From NCBI GenBank assembly GCA_023248545.1, contig JAHFEF010000009.1:8078-72077 (forward strand): a stretch of DNA of 64,000 nucleotides. Reading direction: 5' to 3'. The stretch is from Myxococcales bacterium (GTDB lineage Bacteria > Myxococcota > UBA727 > JABDBI01). Of the stretch, positions 30,184-38,885 are shown in pieces. The translations under genes and the position numbers were made by a program. Positions within the stretch are counted from its first letter, which is position 1, and each line of letters starts with the position of its first letter. Under the pieces are notes generated by a model. The model was given only the letters and a program-made list of their open reading frames with translations. It made no database searches and was not told the DNA's origin.

Positions 30184-31029
30184 TTAAGCCCTTGGGTGGT
30201 ACTTGTCATATAACTCATGCAACCGCTTCTGATCTACATGCATATAAATTTCGGTGGTTGACAAGTCCGCATGGCCCAACAAAGCCTGAATCCCCCGGAT
30301 ATCTGCGCCACGTTCTATCAAATGGGTCGCAAAACTGTGCCTCAGTTGGTGTGGCGAAATCGACTTTTGGATGCCGGCCAACTTAGCGTATTTTTTGAGC
30401 AGCTTCCAAAATCCCTGCCGGGTCATTGGAAAGAGCCTTGCCTGCCGCAGCTTCAGTGAAGGCAGGTCTAGTGCCGCAATCGCCTTCTCACCAAGCGGCA
30501 CCAAGCGTTCTTTGTTGCCCTTGCCACGAACTTTCACAAAGCCTCGCGACAAGTCTATGTCTTCTTGGGTAAGTGAAATCAGTTCAGACACACGCAAGCC
30601 CGTCGCGTAGAGCGTGCAAACCATCGCGTAATCTCTGGGATCTTTAATCGCAGCCAATAGAGCATCTATTTCTTCCAGGCTCAAAAATTGGGGCAGTTTA
30701 GAAGGCATCTTGGGTAATTCTAAATCAGCTGCCGGGTTTATTTTGAGCACCCCTTCACGCATCCAGAACTTAAAAAACTGCCTAATAGCCGAGAGATGCC
30801 GATTTTGACTTCGTACACCGATACCTGAATCTGTGAATGCTTTTTGATAGGCGATTAAATCTTGTTTATTAAAAGCTTCGGGAGTTAGTCCTAGCCGATC
30901 AGCATACGCCGCCAAGCGCTCCAAATCGCGCCGATAAGACTCCATGCTGTTCATACTTAGCGCTTTTTCGACTTGGGCATAGTTGATAAAACCCGTAATG
31001 GCCTCGGGCCAGGAATTAAAACCGCTCAT
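30184..31029 (-). CDS. xerD: Tyrosine recombinase XerD
   Basis: LYATGLRVSEL, GKGNKERLVP, MTRQGFW, SPHQLRHSFATHL, LLGHADLSTTEIY, YDKYHPRA. Confidence 0.9.
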   Translation of the reverse strand: MSGFNSWPEAITGFINYAQVEKALSMNSMESYRRDLERLAAYADRLGLTPEAFNKQDLIAYQKAFTDSGIGVRSQNRHLSAIRQFFKFWMREGVLKINPAADLELPKMPSKLPQFLSLEEIDALLAAIKDPRDYAMVCTLYATGLRVSELISLTQEDIDLSRGFVKVRGKGNKERLVPLGEKAIAALDLPSLKLRQARLFPMTRQGFWKLLKKYAKLAGIQKSISPHQLRHSFATHLIERGADIRGIQALLGHADLSTTEIYMHVDQKRLHELYDKYHPRA

Positions 31030-32290
31030 GCAGCTCACCAATAAACTCAGTTATTTGAGCACCCAAGCCAGCTTGTTGCGCAAAATCTGGCCACTGCTTA
31101 ACAACCTCAGAAACCTGCTTGATGACCTGGTCAGCTTTGCCAATTCCAAACCGGTCAGCCAATTTCAGCAAATCTTGCGTTTCAAAATTTTTAAACTTTC
31201 CCGAAACCGACATCAAATGCTGATGGGTCCATTCACCCTGAGGATTATGCGCAAAAGTGATATCATAAGCCGGGGCGAGCTCCCAGTTGCGACGGCCATG
31301 ACGTAAAATAAACGCAAAATTTTTCGTATGGTCATCGCAATTTTTGGCCATGACATTAAAAACCATTCGACGAAAAGCCTCAACAAAACCATCGGGCCCC
31401 AAACCCAGCTGCTGCAGGGTTAAAAATAGCTGTTCATAGCTGTTGGTGGACTTTTTCTTGTAATCAAGATGACTCATCGCACACAGGCTTTGCACGTGAT
31501 GTTTAAGCCCTTGCTCCCGGTCAAATCGTCGCGTCATGAAATGTGCGCGGCCATGTTCGGTCAATAAGCGACAGTCAGACATCTGAATGCCCGCAGCAAA
31601 GGCCATCAGGAAGTAGGCATACTCGATGCGACCATAATCTTGAGAAGCGCCCAGCTCTTGGTCTCTGCCAACGCCGTCAAATTTAAGCAACCAATGCTCA
31701 AACCCGGCAGGTGCCTCCAATTGACCGGACCGAATCTCATGCGTGTGAGGATTCCAAGCGATGACTGCTTTGGCACGCGCACCGCCGGCCGACGTCCCCA
31801 CTTCGATCATATTTTTGAGTGCCGCGTGGCTTTGCAGGTCTTCTTTAAAATGACCCTGAAGCGCTTGTCTGGCCAAGACCACCAATTCAGCCAATTCTAT
31901 AGCGATTGACGTTTTGGCGTGAGCCCCTAACACCGGTTTAAATTCCAAAGCTCCCATTGACCGATCGCCCATGTAAGCTAGCCTATCCAGTGGCGTGATA
32001 TCGGACGCCTTCACGCCCTGCTCAGCCATATAACGATCAATCAAAGCATTCCCAAAGTCATCCGGCAGCACGTCGGCCAATAACGCCGGCAAACGCCTGT
32101 AGGTCACCACCGGCAAGTCGGTAAAAACAAACGGCCTCGTGGCTTCACGCAAAGGCATTTGCAGAGGCGCCAGCTCTATCCCGTGTTTCACAAACTCAGC
32201 GTCATAGCTAAAAACATAGTATCCCAATGCTGGGTCAAGCGCGATAACCCCCACCAGCTCGCCCCAAATGAGAACCCTGACTGCATTCAT
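31016..32290 (-). CDS. HipA family kinase toxin
   Basis: N-terminal coupled domain with LPDDFG, SAGGARAK, WLLKFD, N.DDHTKNF, LAPAYD. Confidence 0.92.
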   Translation of the reverse strand: MNAVRVLIWGELVGVIALDPALGYYVFSYDAEFVKHGIELAPLQMPLREATRPFVFTDLPVVTYRRLPALLADVLPDDFGNALIDRYMAEQGVKASDITPLDRLAYMGDRSMGALEFKPVLGAHAKTSIAIELAELVVLARQALQGHFKEDLQSHAALKNMIEVGTSAGGARAKAVIAWNPHTHEIRSGQLEAPAGFEHWLLKFDGVGRDQELGASQDYGRIEYAYFLMAFAAGIQMSDCRLLTEHGRAHFMTRRFDREQGLKHHVQSLCAMSHLDYKKKSTNSYEQLFLTLQQLGLGPDGFVEAFRRMVFNVMAKNCDDHTKNFAFILRHGRRNWELAPAYDITFAHNPQGEWTHQHLMSVSGKFKNFETQDLLKLADRFGIGKADQVIKQVSEVVKQWPDFAQQAGLGAQITEFIGELHERF

Positions 32291-32592
32291 AGGGGCCTCT
32301 TCTGTCGACTTGCGCGTTGTCTATAAGGCTTATCCCGAACCATGTAGAGTGGGTTAATACTTACTTGCGGCGCCAATGCAAAAATCCAATCCTGACGCCC
32401 CAGCGTTCTGACTGCACGAATCAGCGTGTGCAGCGTTGCCCCGTGTCCACACTCTAGATTTCTGAGCGCCGTGAGACTAATTCCAGCGCGCTCGCAGACC
32501 GCTTGGCGCGTCAGATTTTTTTGAAGCCGAAGATTTTTAATCGCTTCGCCTAATTTTTGCTCCAACTCTGGGGTGGTAAACATGGATTCCAT
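32287..32592 (-). CDS. Xre-family HTH protein, probable HipB-like antitoxin
   Basis: LG..IK.LRLQKNLTR...C.RAGIS...L.NLE HTH; ATGA overlap with the HipA gene. Confidence 0.85.
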   Translation of the reverse strand: MESMFTTPELEQKLGEAIKNLRLQKNLTRQAVCERAGISLTALRNLECGHGATLHTLIRAVRTLGRQDWIFALAPQVSINPLYMVRDKPYRQRASRQKRPL

Positions 32593-32600
32593 AAAATATC

Positions 32601-32629
32601 ATCTTAAAGCATTTAAATGCCAATTTCAA
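32601..32629 (-). promoter_or_regulatory. Promoter/operator of the HTH-hipA operon
   Basis: TTGAAA-N17-TAAGAT, 8 nt before ATG; perfect palindrome GCATTTAAATGC (32609-32620) in the spacer. Confidence 0.6.
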
Positions 32630-32674
32630 GTCCAAATGTTTTAATAAGATATTTTAGTGCAAAGCTGTTTGAAA

Positions 32675-33034
32675 CTATGCCGGATCAATCACACTCACAA
32701 CTCGATTCACAATTTCTAAAATCAGATCTGCATCGAGGGCCTCGATATAACGAGCCGTACCAGCCTGCACTCGAGCCTGAACATCAAAAGAACGCACCTG
32801 GTTACAAACAGCCACACCCGTCGTGTCATAGCCCATAATATGAACGGTTAGACCCATATTTCTGGCAAAAGCCCCACCAGAAGTAATCGGTACCGCCATC
32901 GCCACCCCCAAGGCGTTGATTTCCTGAGGCGTGATAATCACAAAACGATGACGATCTTTCATTTCACGGCCCGCGACAGGGTTTGGATCGATCCAATAAA
33001 CATCGCCTCTTTGGGGGATTTTGCGAGCGCTCAC
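32675..33034 (-). CDS. PemK/MazF family endoribonuclease toxin
   Basis: PQRGDVYWIDPNPVAGREM..RH, VPITSG, CNQVRSFD..AR; GTG start overlapping the antitoxin stop. Confidence 0.9.
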   Translation of the reverse strand: MSARKIPQRGDVYWIDPNPVAGREMKDRHRFVIITPQEINALGVAMAVPITSGGAFARNMGLTVHIMGYDTTGVAVCNQVRSFDVQARVQAGTARYIEALDADLILEIVNRVVSVIDPA

Positions 33035-33300
33035 GTAAGTTCTCTGCCAACAGGGGCACCTTCTCGCGCCCACTCAGTTTCAGCGTTAAGAGCCCGCATG
33101 TTTTGCTTCGTAGCCCCATCTAAAAGCTCGGCCAGCGTATAACGCTTGCGCTTGGTCTTGATGGGATGAGCCAACAAGGCATCTTTTTGAACCTCAAGTT
33201 CAAGCGTTGTCCCAATCTCCCAGTCCAGCTGCTTCAAGCTGGCACTAGGAATCGTGATCACTGCGGCTCCCCCTTGCTTTCTGATGTCTACTGCAACCAT
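33031..33300 (-). CDS. AbrB/MazE family antitoxin
   Basis: IRKQGGAAVITIP, RYTLAELL, W....PVGRE. Confidence 0.9.
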   Translation of the reverse strand: MVAVDIRKQGGAAVITIPSASLKQLDWEIGTTLELEVQKDALLAHPIKTKRKRYTLAELLDGATKQNMRALNAETEWAREGAPVGRELT

Positions 33301-33306
33301 GAGATA

Positions 33307-33335
33307 ATAATAGCACAAATGTAGCACTAATTCAA
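33307..33335 (-). promoter_or_regulatory. Promoter of the MazEF-like operon
   Basis: TTGAAT-N17-(TGn)TATTAT, 6 nt before ATG 33300; TAGCAC repeated twice across the promoter. Confidence 0.6.
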
Positions 33336-34144
33336 CGGCTCAAACCGAACCATCTCAACCAGCCAAGCAGTGACAGGTCAGTCTCCGTGGGTGATTTTGA
33401 ATCCAGAAATTTTCGCCCAAGAGCCTGTCGCTTGAGATAGAAATACCAGGAAGCGGCCACAGGGCTATTGGTATGGGCAAAGCAACTGGCTTTGACTTTT
33501 TGTGTTCCCACAGCCAAGGTCCCGCTCGCTGTCAGCGGCGCATAGACTCCTTCCGTATCGACTTCCATGATCATCCCAACTTTTATGCTCTTGCCTGTTT
33601 CGGCGTGAATCAAAGATTGGCCTAGGTCGATATCGCTGGCGAACTGTGACCCCATTCCATCGACAAACAAAATATGGTCCGGAGAAACGCGTAAAAACGG
33701 GGCGTTATCATCTTCACTGCTATAAAACTCAAGCATACGAGACTTCTGCTGCGCATCCGCATGCAGGTAGCCCAGAAATTCAGTTCGTTGACCGTCACCG
33801 TCTAGCACAAAATCCCCGGGGCTCAGTTGAGTAATCGCCACAGGATTGGTTTCACCATCCGCACTCACCCGATACACCATCGTATCTTTCGAAAAACAGG
33901 ATGTAGATTCACAGTGACCCGCGAATTGGGTGAAAGTAAGATACTGAGTGTTATTGCCAAGTGACGTCACTATCCCACCCGTCGGGTATTGCTTACTGCA
34001 ATCGCTGCTATCTGTAACCACAGTACAAGTAAAATTAGTTCCACCCCGCTCATTGGTGCGGATTATCCCTGCCGCGCAATAATTGTAATTAGCCAATGCC
34101 GGCAAACTCAAAACCAAAATAAGAGAAGCAACCAACAATTTCAT
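33332..34144 (-). CDS. Secreted protein with Hedgehog-type Hint (Hog) autoprocessing domain
   Basis: GGAGG SD; signal peptide (ALA|N); S|CFSKDT at residue 83, LSPGDFVL, RVSPDH, FASDI..G, GVYAPLTASGTL.V....ASCFA. Confidence 0.85.
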   Translation of the reverse strand: MKLLVASLILVLSLPALANYNYCAAGIIRTNERGGTNFTCTVVTDSSDCSKQYPTGGIVTSLGNNTQYLTFTQFAGHCESTSCFSKDTMVYRVSADGETNPVAITQLSPGDFVLDGDGQRTEFLGYLHADAQQKSRMLEFYSSEDDNAPFLRVSPDHILFVDGMGSQFASDIDLGQSLIHAETGKSIKVGMIMEVDTEGVYAPLTASGTLAVGTQKVKASCFAHTNSPVAASWYFYLKRQALGRKFLDSKSPTETDLSLLGWLRWFGLSR

Positions 34145-34192
34145 CGAAACCTCCGTTAGGTCAACAAACTAAAGGAGTGAATGATTCCCGGT

Positions 34193-35239
34193 TTAACGCA
34201 CTGCCAGTTTCTCTTCAGAGTAACGCTGGATGCCCTTCACGATGCCCTCAGCCAGGGCGTCTTGATAGTCGTCGTCCTTCAGGCGCTTTTCATCGGTTTT
34301 ATTCGAAATAAAAGAAGTTTCGACTAAAATTGCCGGCATTTTGGCACCCATCAGGACATAAAACATGGCCTGCTTAAGTCCCAAATCTTTAATATCATCC
34401 CACTGTTCTAATAAATTGCCACAGAGGCTATCTTGAACCATACGACCCAGCCTCACACTGTCACTCACGCTAGATTTCATGGCCAAATCGGCCAAGATAA
34501 ACTCCAAGTTCGATGTCTCTGACTCGCTCATCGCGTTTTCCCGCGCAGCCAATCTGAGTGCATAACGGTCATGCGTAATATTCAAGTAATAAGTCTCGAT
34601 GCCCTGAGTATCACGATTTGGCGAAGCATTCACATGCACAGAAACAAACAGGTCTGCTTGCATTCGATTCGCAAAATCTGTCCGACTTGGCAGCGCAAGC
34701 GTCTTGTCATGGTCCCGCGTCAAAAACACCTGCGTGCCAGGAATGCTTTTCTCAATCCAATTTTTGACGCGTTTGGAAACAGCCAAGGTCACGTCTTTTT
34801 CACGCAGCCCCCTCTTACCAATGGCGCCTGGGTCATCCCCCCCGTGTCCTGGGTCCAGCACAATTCGAAGAGGCTTTTTCTCTTCGGGTTCTAAAAGCTC
34901 ACGCGGCAGTTGGGGCCCTGACTCTTTGGCAACTTGCTTCATCGACAAACGTGACTTGCCGTCAACCTCCGCAACAATTCGAACTGTATTTTTTGAATAC
35001 TGAGCGATTCTGATCTTAAATATATTTTTGTCTTTAGAAGCCAGCACACTCGGCACTTTAGGCCCAAGTTTGGCTGGTTTAACATCAAAAATTATTCGTT
35101 TTTTTTGCTTCTTGGTCTTGGGAAGTTCGCTTTGGCTGATTTGAAGCTTGGCTTGGGATTCGATGTTGAACTCTGACCCCTTCAGATCGATTCGATCTAT
35201 CTGGCCCACAAAAGCCAATGTCAATACTAATGCAAACAT
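34193..35239 (-). CDS. amiC: N-acetylmuramoyl-L-alanine amidase (AmiC-like; AMIN plus Amidase_3)
   Basis: IRIAQY..NTVRIV, IVLDPGHGGDDPGA, EK, FVSVHVNA, PAILVE.SFISN. Confidence 0.9.
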   Translation of the reverse strand: MFALVLTLAFVGQIDRIDLKGSEFNIESQAKLQISQSELPKTKKQKKRIIFDVKPAKLGPKVPSVLASKDKNIFKIRIAQYSKNTVRIVAEVDGKSRLSMKQVAKESGPQLPRELLEPEEKKPLRIVLDPGHGGDDPGAIGKRGLREKDVTLAVSKRVKNWIEKSIPGTQVFLTRDHDKTLALPSRTDFANRMQADLFVSVHVNASPNRDTQGIETYYLNITHDRYALRLAARENAMSESETSNLEFILADLAMKSSVSDSVRLGRMVQDSLCGNLLEQWDDIKDLGLKQAMFYVLMGAKMPAILVETSFISNKTDEKRLKDDDYQDALAEGIVKGIQRYSEEKLAVR

Positions 35240-35352
35240 GGTAAAAGTATGATCAAATTTTCAAAAAATCGCAATGCTCCTCACAGAATCTGTCAGTAAT
35301 ATCGCGTTTGGAGGCCACGGCGTTGTTCGTTTCGTGCCGTTTGTTTTGCCAG
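35197..35352 (+). repeat. Direct repeat copy 1 of the amiC/rlmD divergent start region (intact amiC start, defective rlmD start)
   Basis: Matches 36040-36196, including 51 nt of identity through TCACAGAATCTGTCAG...GTTGTTCGT; lacks the 18 nt CATGAAGGCAAAGTTGTC. Confidence 0.9.
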
Positions 35353-35360
35353 TGGATTAT

Positions 35361-35939
35361 CTACAATGCAATAGCAGCGATATAAAGTCCTGGCACAACC
35401 CAACCTGCAGCCACAGATGCAAGACCGATACCAAATGCAGCCTGCAAATTGGGTTCAGTGCTTCCGTATACCGGTGCTGTGGCATTTTGGAAAATATAGT
35501 AGTGGTTATCTTCTTTGGCATAGGCGACAATGCCCGCCACACCTGCGATCAATGATGAGAGAGCACCAGTGACTGCAACGGTCCCCGCCACTATTGCTGG
35601 ACGTGTATGCCAATGATCAGGCAACTCCCTAATAGCAAAGATTCCAGCCAAAGCAGAGACTGCAGTTAATCCAGAAGCCATTCCGAAAGTTACCTTGCTA
35701 CACATCAAACTGTTGATGATACGGTGATATTCATTATAGTTTGGATCGTCATATTGTAACACGTGGTCTTGTGCTTGTTTCGATGTATAGGCACCCGCCG
35801 CGTACAGAGCCACCATCACAGGTGCCAGAAGTGTGGCAGCGATGGCAGCTTTTTTATTACGATAATAATTAGCCGACGCTGGCATGCTGAATATCAGCAA
35901 CCCAAAAACAAGTGATATACTTTTGAACAGTCTAAACAC
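35361..35939 (-). CDS. Hypothetical exported multi-TM Gly/Ala-rich protein
   Basis: GGAGG SD with GTG start, signal peptide (ASA|N), four hydrophobic helices. Confidence 0.7.
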   Translation of the reverse strand: MFRLFKSISLVFGLLIFSMPASANYYRNKKAAIAATLLAPVMVALYAAGAYTSKQAQDHVLQYDDPNYNEYHRIINSLMCSKVTFGMASGLTAVSALAGIFAIRELPDHWHTRPAIVAGTVAVTGALSSLIAGVAGIVAYAKEDNHYYIFQNATAPVYGSTEPNLQAAFGIGLASVAAGWVVPGLYIAAIAL

Positions 35940-36039
35940 AACGATTCCTCCAAGACGACGTCACTCGATCGTATAACAGGTTAATACCTATAGGTATTCC
36001 TCGAAAATTTCTGCCAAATCCGGGCTGAAAACCAACAAA

Positions 36040-36196
36040 CTATCTAGCCCACAAAAGCAAACATGCTAGAAGTGTGATCAAATTTTCAAAAAAATCACAA
36101 TGCTCATCACAGAATCTGTCAGTAATATCGCGTTTGGAGGCCACGGCGTTGTTCGTCATGAAGGCAAAGTTGTCTTCGTGCCGTTTGTTTTACCAG
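36040..36196 (+). repeat. Direct repeat copy 2 (defective amiC start, intact rlmD start)
   Basis: CTATCTAGCCCACAAAAGC|AAACATG equals the amiC 5' end minus the 18 nt CAATGTCAATACTAATGC. Confidence 0.9.
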
Positions 36197-37107
36197 GCGA
36201 AAAAGTTGAATTTGAAATCACACAGTCCAAAAAATCACACGCTTTCGGGCGTGCTCTGCGCATACTGAACGCTCACCCCGACAGAATCACCCCCAAGTGT
36301 GAATATTACGGCCGCTGCGGTGGATGCCAGTTACAGCATGCCAGCTATGATTTGCAACTCAAACTCAAACAGCAATTTATTGAAGAGGCTTTGACGCGCA
36401 TTGGCAAGCTGCAGAATATTCTTGTCAGCCCGATTATTGGCACTAAGCACCAGTGGGCTTATCGCCGACGCATCAAGCTACACAAACAAGGCGATCAACT
36501 CGGATTTATAGGCGTAGACAACAGCAGCTTTGTGCCGGTCACACACTGTGAGATTGATTCAGGCCAATCGCTCGATTTAGATCCGGATATTTTTGTGCAA
36601 GCACACCCTGAACAAAGCGAAAAGCTATATGGCGACTTGCTGAACCAGATTAAGCAGCTTGGTACCCCCAAAATACTAGACTTATATTGCGGCATGGGCA
36701 TTCTGACAGCCAGGTTGGCCGCGCTCGGCTGCGAAGTCACAGGCATTGAATTAAATGCCAAGGCCATCGCCTGGGCACAAAAAAATCATGCGCACCCTAT
36801 TCGCTGGGTAGTCGCAGACGTTGCCAAAGTCATGGCTGGTTATTTAAAACGAGATCGCCCTGCAGTCGTCCTGGTTAACCCGCCTAGAACCGGCCTAAAC
36901 CCAGAAGTCACAAACGCGCTGGTCACATACAGGCCCAAACATATTTTTTATACTTCGTGTATGCCAGCAACTTTGGCGCGCGATTTGAAAATCTTGGTAG
37001 AAGCAGGTTATGTTATCGAACAGTGCCAGCCGTATGATCTGTTTCCGCAGACCACCCATGTTGAAACTGTAGTGACTCTATGCTTGAACTCATCCAAGAC
37101 TTCCTGA
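36100..37107 (+). CDS. RNA (uracil-5)-methyltransferase, RlmD/TrmA family with TRAM domain
   Basis: GHGV...EGKVVFVP.VLPGE, C..YG.CGGCQLQH, LDLYCG.G, NPPRTG, YTSCMPATLARD, DLFPQT.HVE. Confidence 0.9.
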   Translation: MLITESVSNIAFGGHGVVRHEGKVVFVPFVLPGEKVEFEITQSKKSHAFGRALRILNAHPDRITPKCEYYGRCGGCQLQHASYDLQLKLKQQFIEEALTRIGKLQNILVSPIIGTKHQWAYRRRIKLHKQGDQLGFIGVDNSSFVPVTHCEIDSGQSLDLDPDIFVQAHPEQSEKLYGDLLNQIKQLGTPKILDLYCGMGILTARLAALGCEVTGIELNAKAIAWAQKNHAHPIRWVVADVAKVMAGYLKRDRPAVVLVNPPRTGLNPEVTNALVTYRPKHIFYTSCMPATLARDLKILVEAGYVIEQCQPYDLFPQTTHVETVVTLCLNSSKTS

Positions 37108-37928
37108 CTTACCTGGAACACATCAAGCATGTGTCTGCTCATACACTCGATGCGTACCGCAATGACTTGACCCAATTTCGCGAATTTCACCCCAAGATAG
37201 CGCTCAAAGATCTCGATCACCGTCATATTAGAAGCTTTCTCGCGAGCGTTCGAAAAGACCACAAAGTCACTTCTGTGGCCAGAAAACTGAGCGCCATCAA
37301 ATCATTCTTGCGCTGGTGCGCTAAAGAAGGCCATTTGCCTAACTCACCAGCCGAGATTGTTGAACACCCCAAATTGCCCCAATCGCTGCCCAAAAGCGTT
37401 TCGGTCGATGAAGCCTTTGCGCTGTGTGAGCCGCCCAATCAAGTGCGCGATCGAGCACTCATAGAACTGCTCTATGCATCGGGTCTCCGTGTGTCAGAGC
37501 TGGTCGGCTTGAACATCGAACATGTTGATCTAAACAGCAAACTCGTACGCGTGATGGGCAAAGGCCAAAAAGAGCGCCTGGTACCGTTTCATGACACCTG
37601 TGCCGAGGCCCTCAAGCTTCTAATCGTTGGACAGCCCGCGCAAATGCCGCTGTTCATAGGAGCCCACGGTGCCCGCATGAATGTCCGGGTCGTGCGCCGC
37701 CTGATTGGCCAATATGGCAAGAGCCTGGGGATTGGCGGCAGCGTGTTTCCCCATAGGCTCAGGCATGCGTTTGCCACCCACTTATTAGAAGGCGGCGCGG
37801 ACTTGAAGGCCATCCAGGAAATGCTAGGCCATGCGTCGATTTCAACCACCCAACGTTACACAGAAGTCAACCTGGATTACCTGATGAAACTATATGATTC
37901 TGCTCACCCGCATGCAAAGCAGAAATAG
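37080..37928 (+). CDS. xerC: Tyrosine recombinase XerC
   Basis: SAHTLDAY..DL, LYASGLRVSEL, PHRLRHAFATHLL.GGADL, LGHASISTTQRYT, Y..AHPHA. Confidence 0.9.
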   Translation: MLELIQDFLTYLEHIKHVSAHTLDAYRNDLTQFREFHPKIALKDLDHRHIRSFLASVRKDHKVTSVARKLSAIKSFLRWCAKEGHLPNSPAEIVEHPKLPQSLPKSVSVDEAFALCEPPNQVRDRALIELLYASGLRVSELVGLNIEHVDLNSKLVRVMGKGQKERLVPFHDTCAEALKLLIVGQPAQMPLFIGAHGARMNVRVVRRLIGQYGKSLGIGGSVFPHRLRHAFATHLLEGGADLKAIQEMLGHASISTTQRYTEVNLDYLMKLYDSAHPHAKQK

Positions 37929-37947
37929 TATATGATATATTTGTTTT

Positions 37948-38835
37948 ATGAACAAATATGAGATCAATAATATTGCTGGAAAAGTGAATCAATCGGGTGT
38001 TTTTACGGGTGTCGAAAAGTCATCTGGGAAACGCATCGCGATCAAACTATTTTCAGGCGTCACAGAGTCACAAAAAGAAAATCTACTTCGTGATGCAAAA
38101 ATTTTACAAAGCTTTTCGCACCCCCATATTGTCAAAATCTTGGACTCTGGAGTGGATGACGAAAACAATGTGTTTTACACGATGGAATATCTAGAAGGCA
38201 CCCCGCTCTATGAGGTTGTTCCCAAAGATCGAGGCATGAGCTTTGAAGAGAGCTGGCCACTGATTGAAAAACCGGCTGGCGCGCTATCAGCCGTACATGA
38301 AATGGGCGTTCTCCACTTAGATCTGAAGCCTGGCAATATCCTGATGGTTTCAGGTGAACCTAAAATTATTGATTTTGGAATATTAACCCCGCAAAAGCCT
38401 GGTACTTTTAGGGGAACACCAGGTTATATCGCGCCAGAAGTGATTCTAGGCAGTAAACCCACGCTCCAATCGGACATCTATAGTTTTGGAGCCTTGTTGG
38501 CCTTCATATGGACCGGCCACAAACTGTATCATGGGGATTCGGCCGAGAGCACACTCGCTCACCAACTGAAAAATCTGGGCACCCAGCTGGGCAATCCAGA
38601 TTTGAGTCGCGTAATTGCACGCGCTACCAAGCAAGATGCTACTAAGCGTTATGCTAATTTGAGCGAAATGCTTAAGCCACTCAGTCTTTATCACCATGAG
38701 CAAGAGTATCGAGCTGAAGACCCAACGGAAGATCCCACCCAAACCAAATGGGGCCACTGGATCATTGGAAGCATTGTGATCACGTTGGTTTGTATTGCTG
38801 TGGGGATTTATTACTCGCTGCTGCATTCGATTTAG
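37948..38835 (+). CDS. Hanks-type Ser/Thr protein kinase with C-terminal TM anchor
   Basis: IAIK, HPHIV, HLDLKPGN, DFG, GTPGYIAPE, SDIYSFG; glycine-rich loop is degenerate. Confidence 0.9.
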   Translation: MNKYEINNIAGKVNQSGVFTGVEKSSGKRIAIKLFSGVTESQKENLLRDAKILQSFSHPHIVKILDSGVDDENNVFYTMEYLEGTPLYEVVPKDRGMSFEESWPLIEKPAGALSAVHEMGVLHLDLKPGNILMVSGEPKIIDFGILTPQKPGTFRGTPGYIAPEVILGSKPTLQSDIYSFGALLAFIWTGHKLYHGDSAESTLAHQLKNLGTQLGNPDLSRVIARATKQDATKRYANLSEMLKPLSLYHHEQEYRAEDPTEDPTQTKWGHWIIGSIVITLVCIAVGIYYSLLHSI

Positions 38836-38885
38836 GGAATCGGGAAGGCACTTCAGTGCTTTTAAATGGGCATGGATAACTGCCC

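Noticed and set aside
35274-35555. 93-aa ORF starting like the RlmD-family gene (MLLTESVSNIAFGGHGVVR)
   Set aside because: It is the defective duplicated 5' end running antisense into the orphan gene; it is reported as a repeat, not a gene
34162-36042. Shared 10-mer CAACAAACTA upstream of both the Hint gene and the 35361-35939 orphan
   Set aside because: Too short to separate from chance or from a shared -10 (TAGTTT) element
30184-37928. Two tyrosine recombinases flanking the TA/Hint region as a possible integrative element
   Set aside because: Both have chromosomal XerD/XerC signatures, core genes (amiC, rlmD-like) lie between them, and no att repeats were seen
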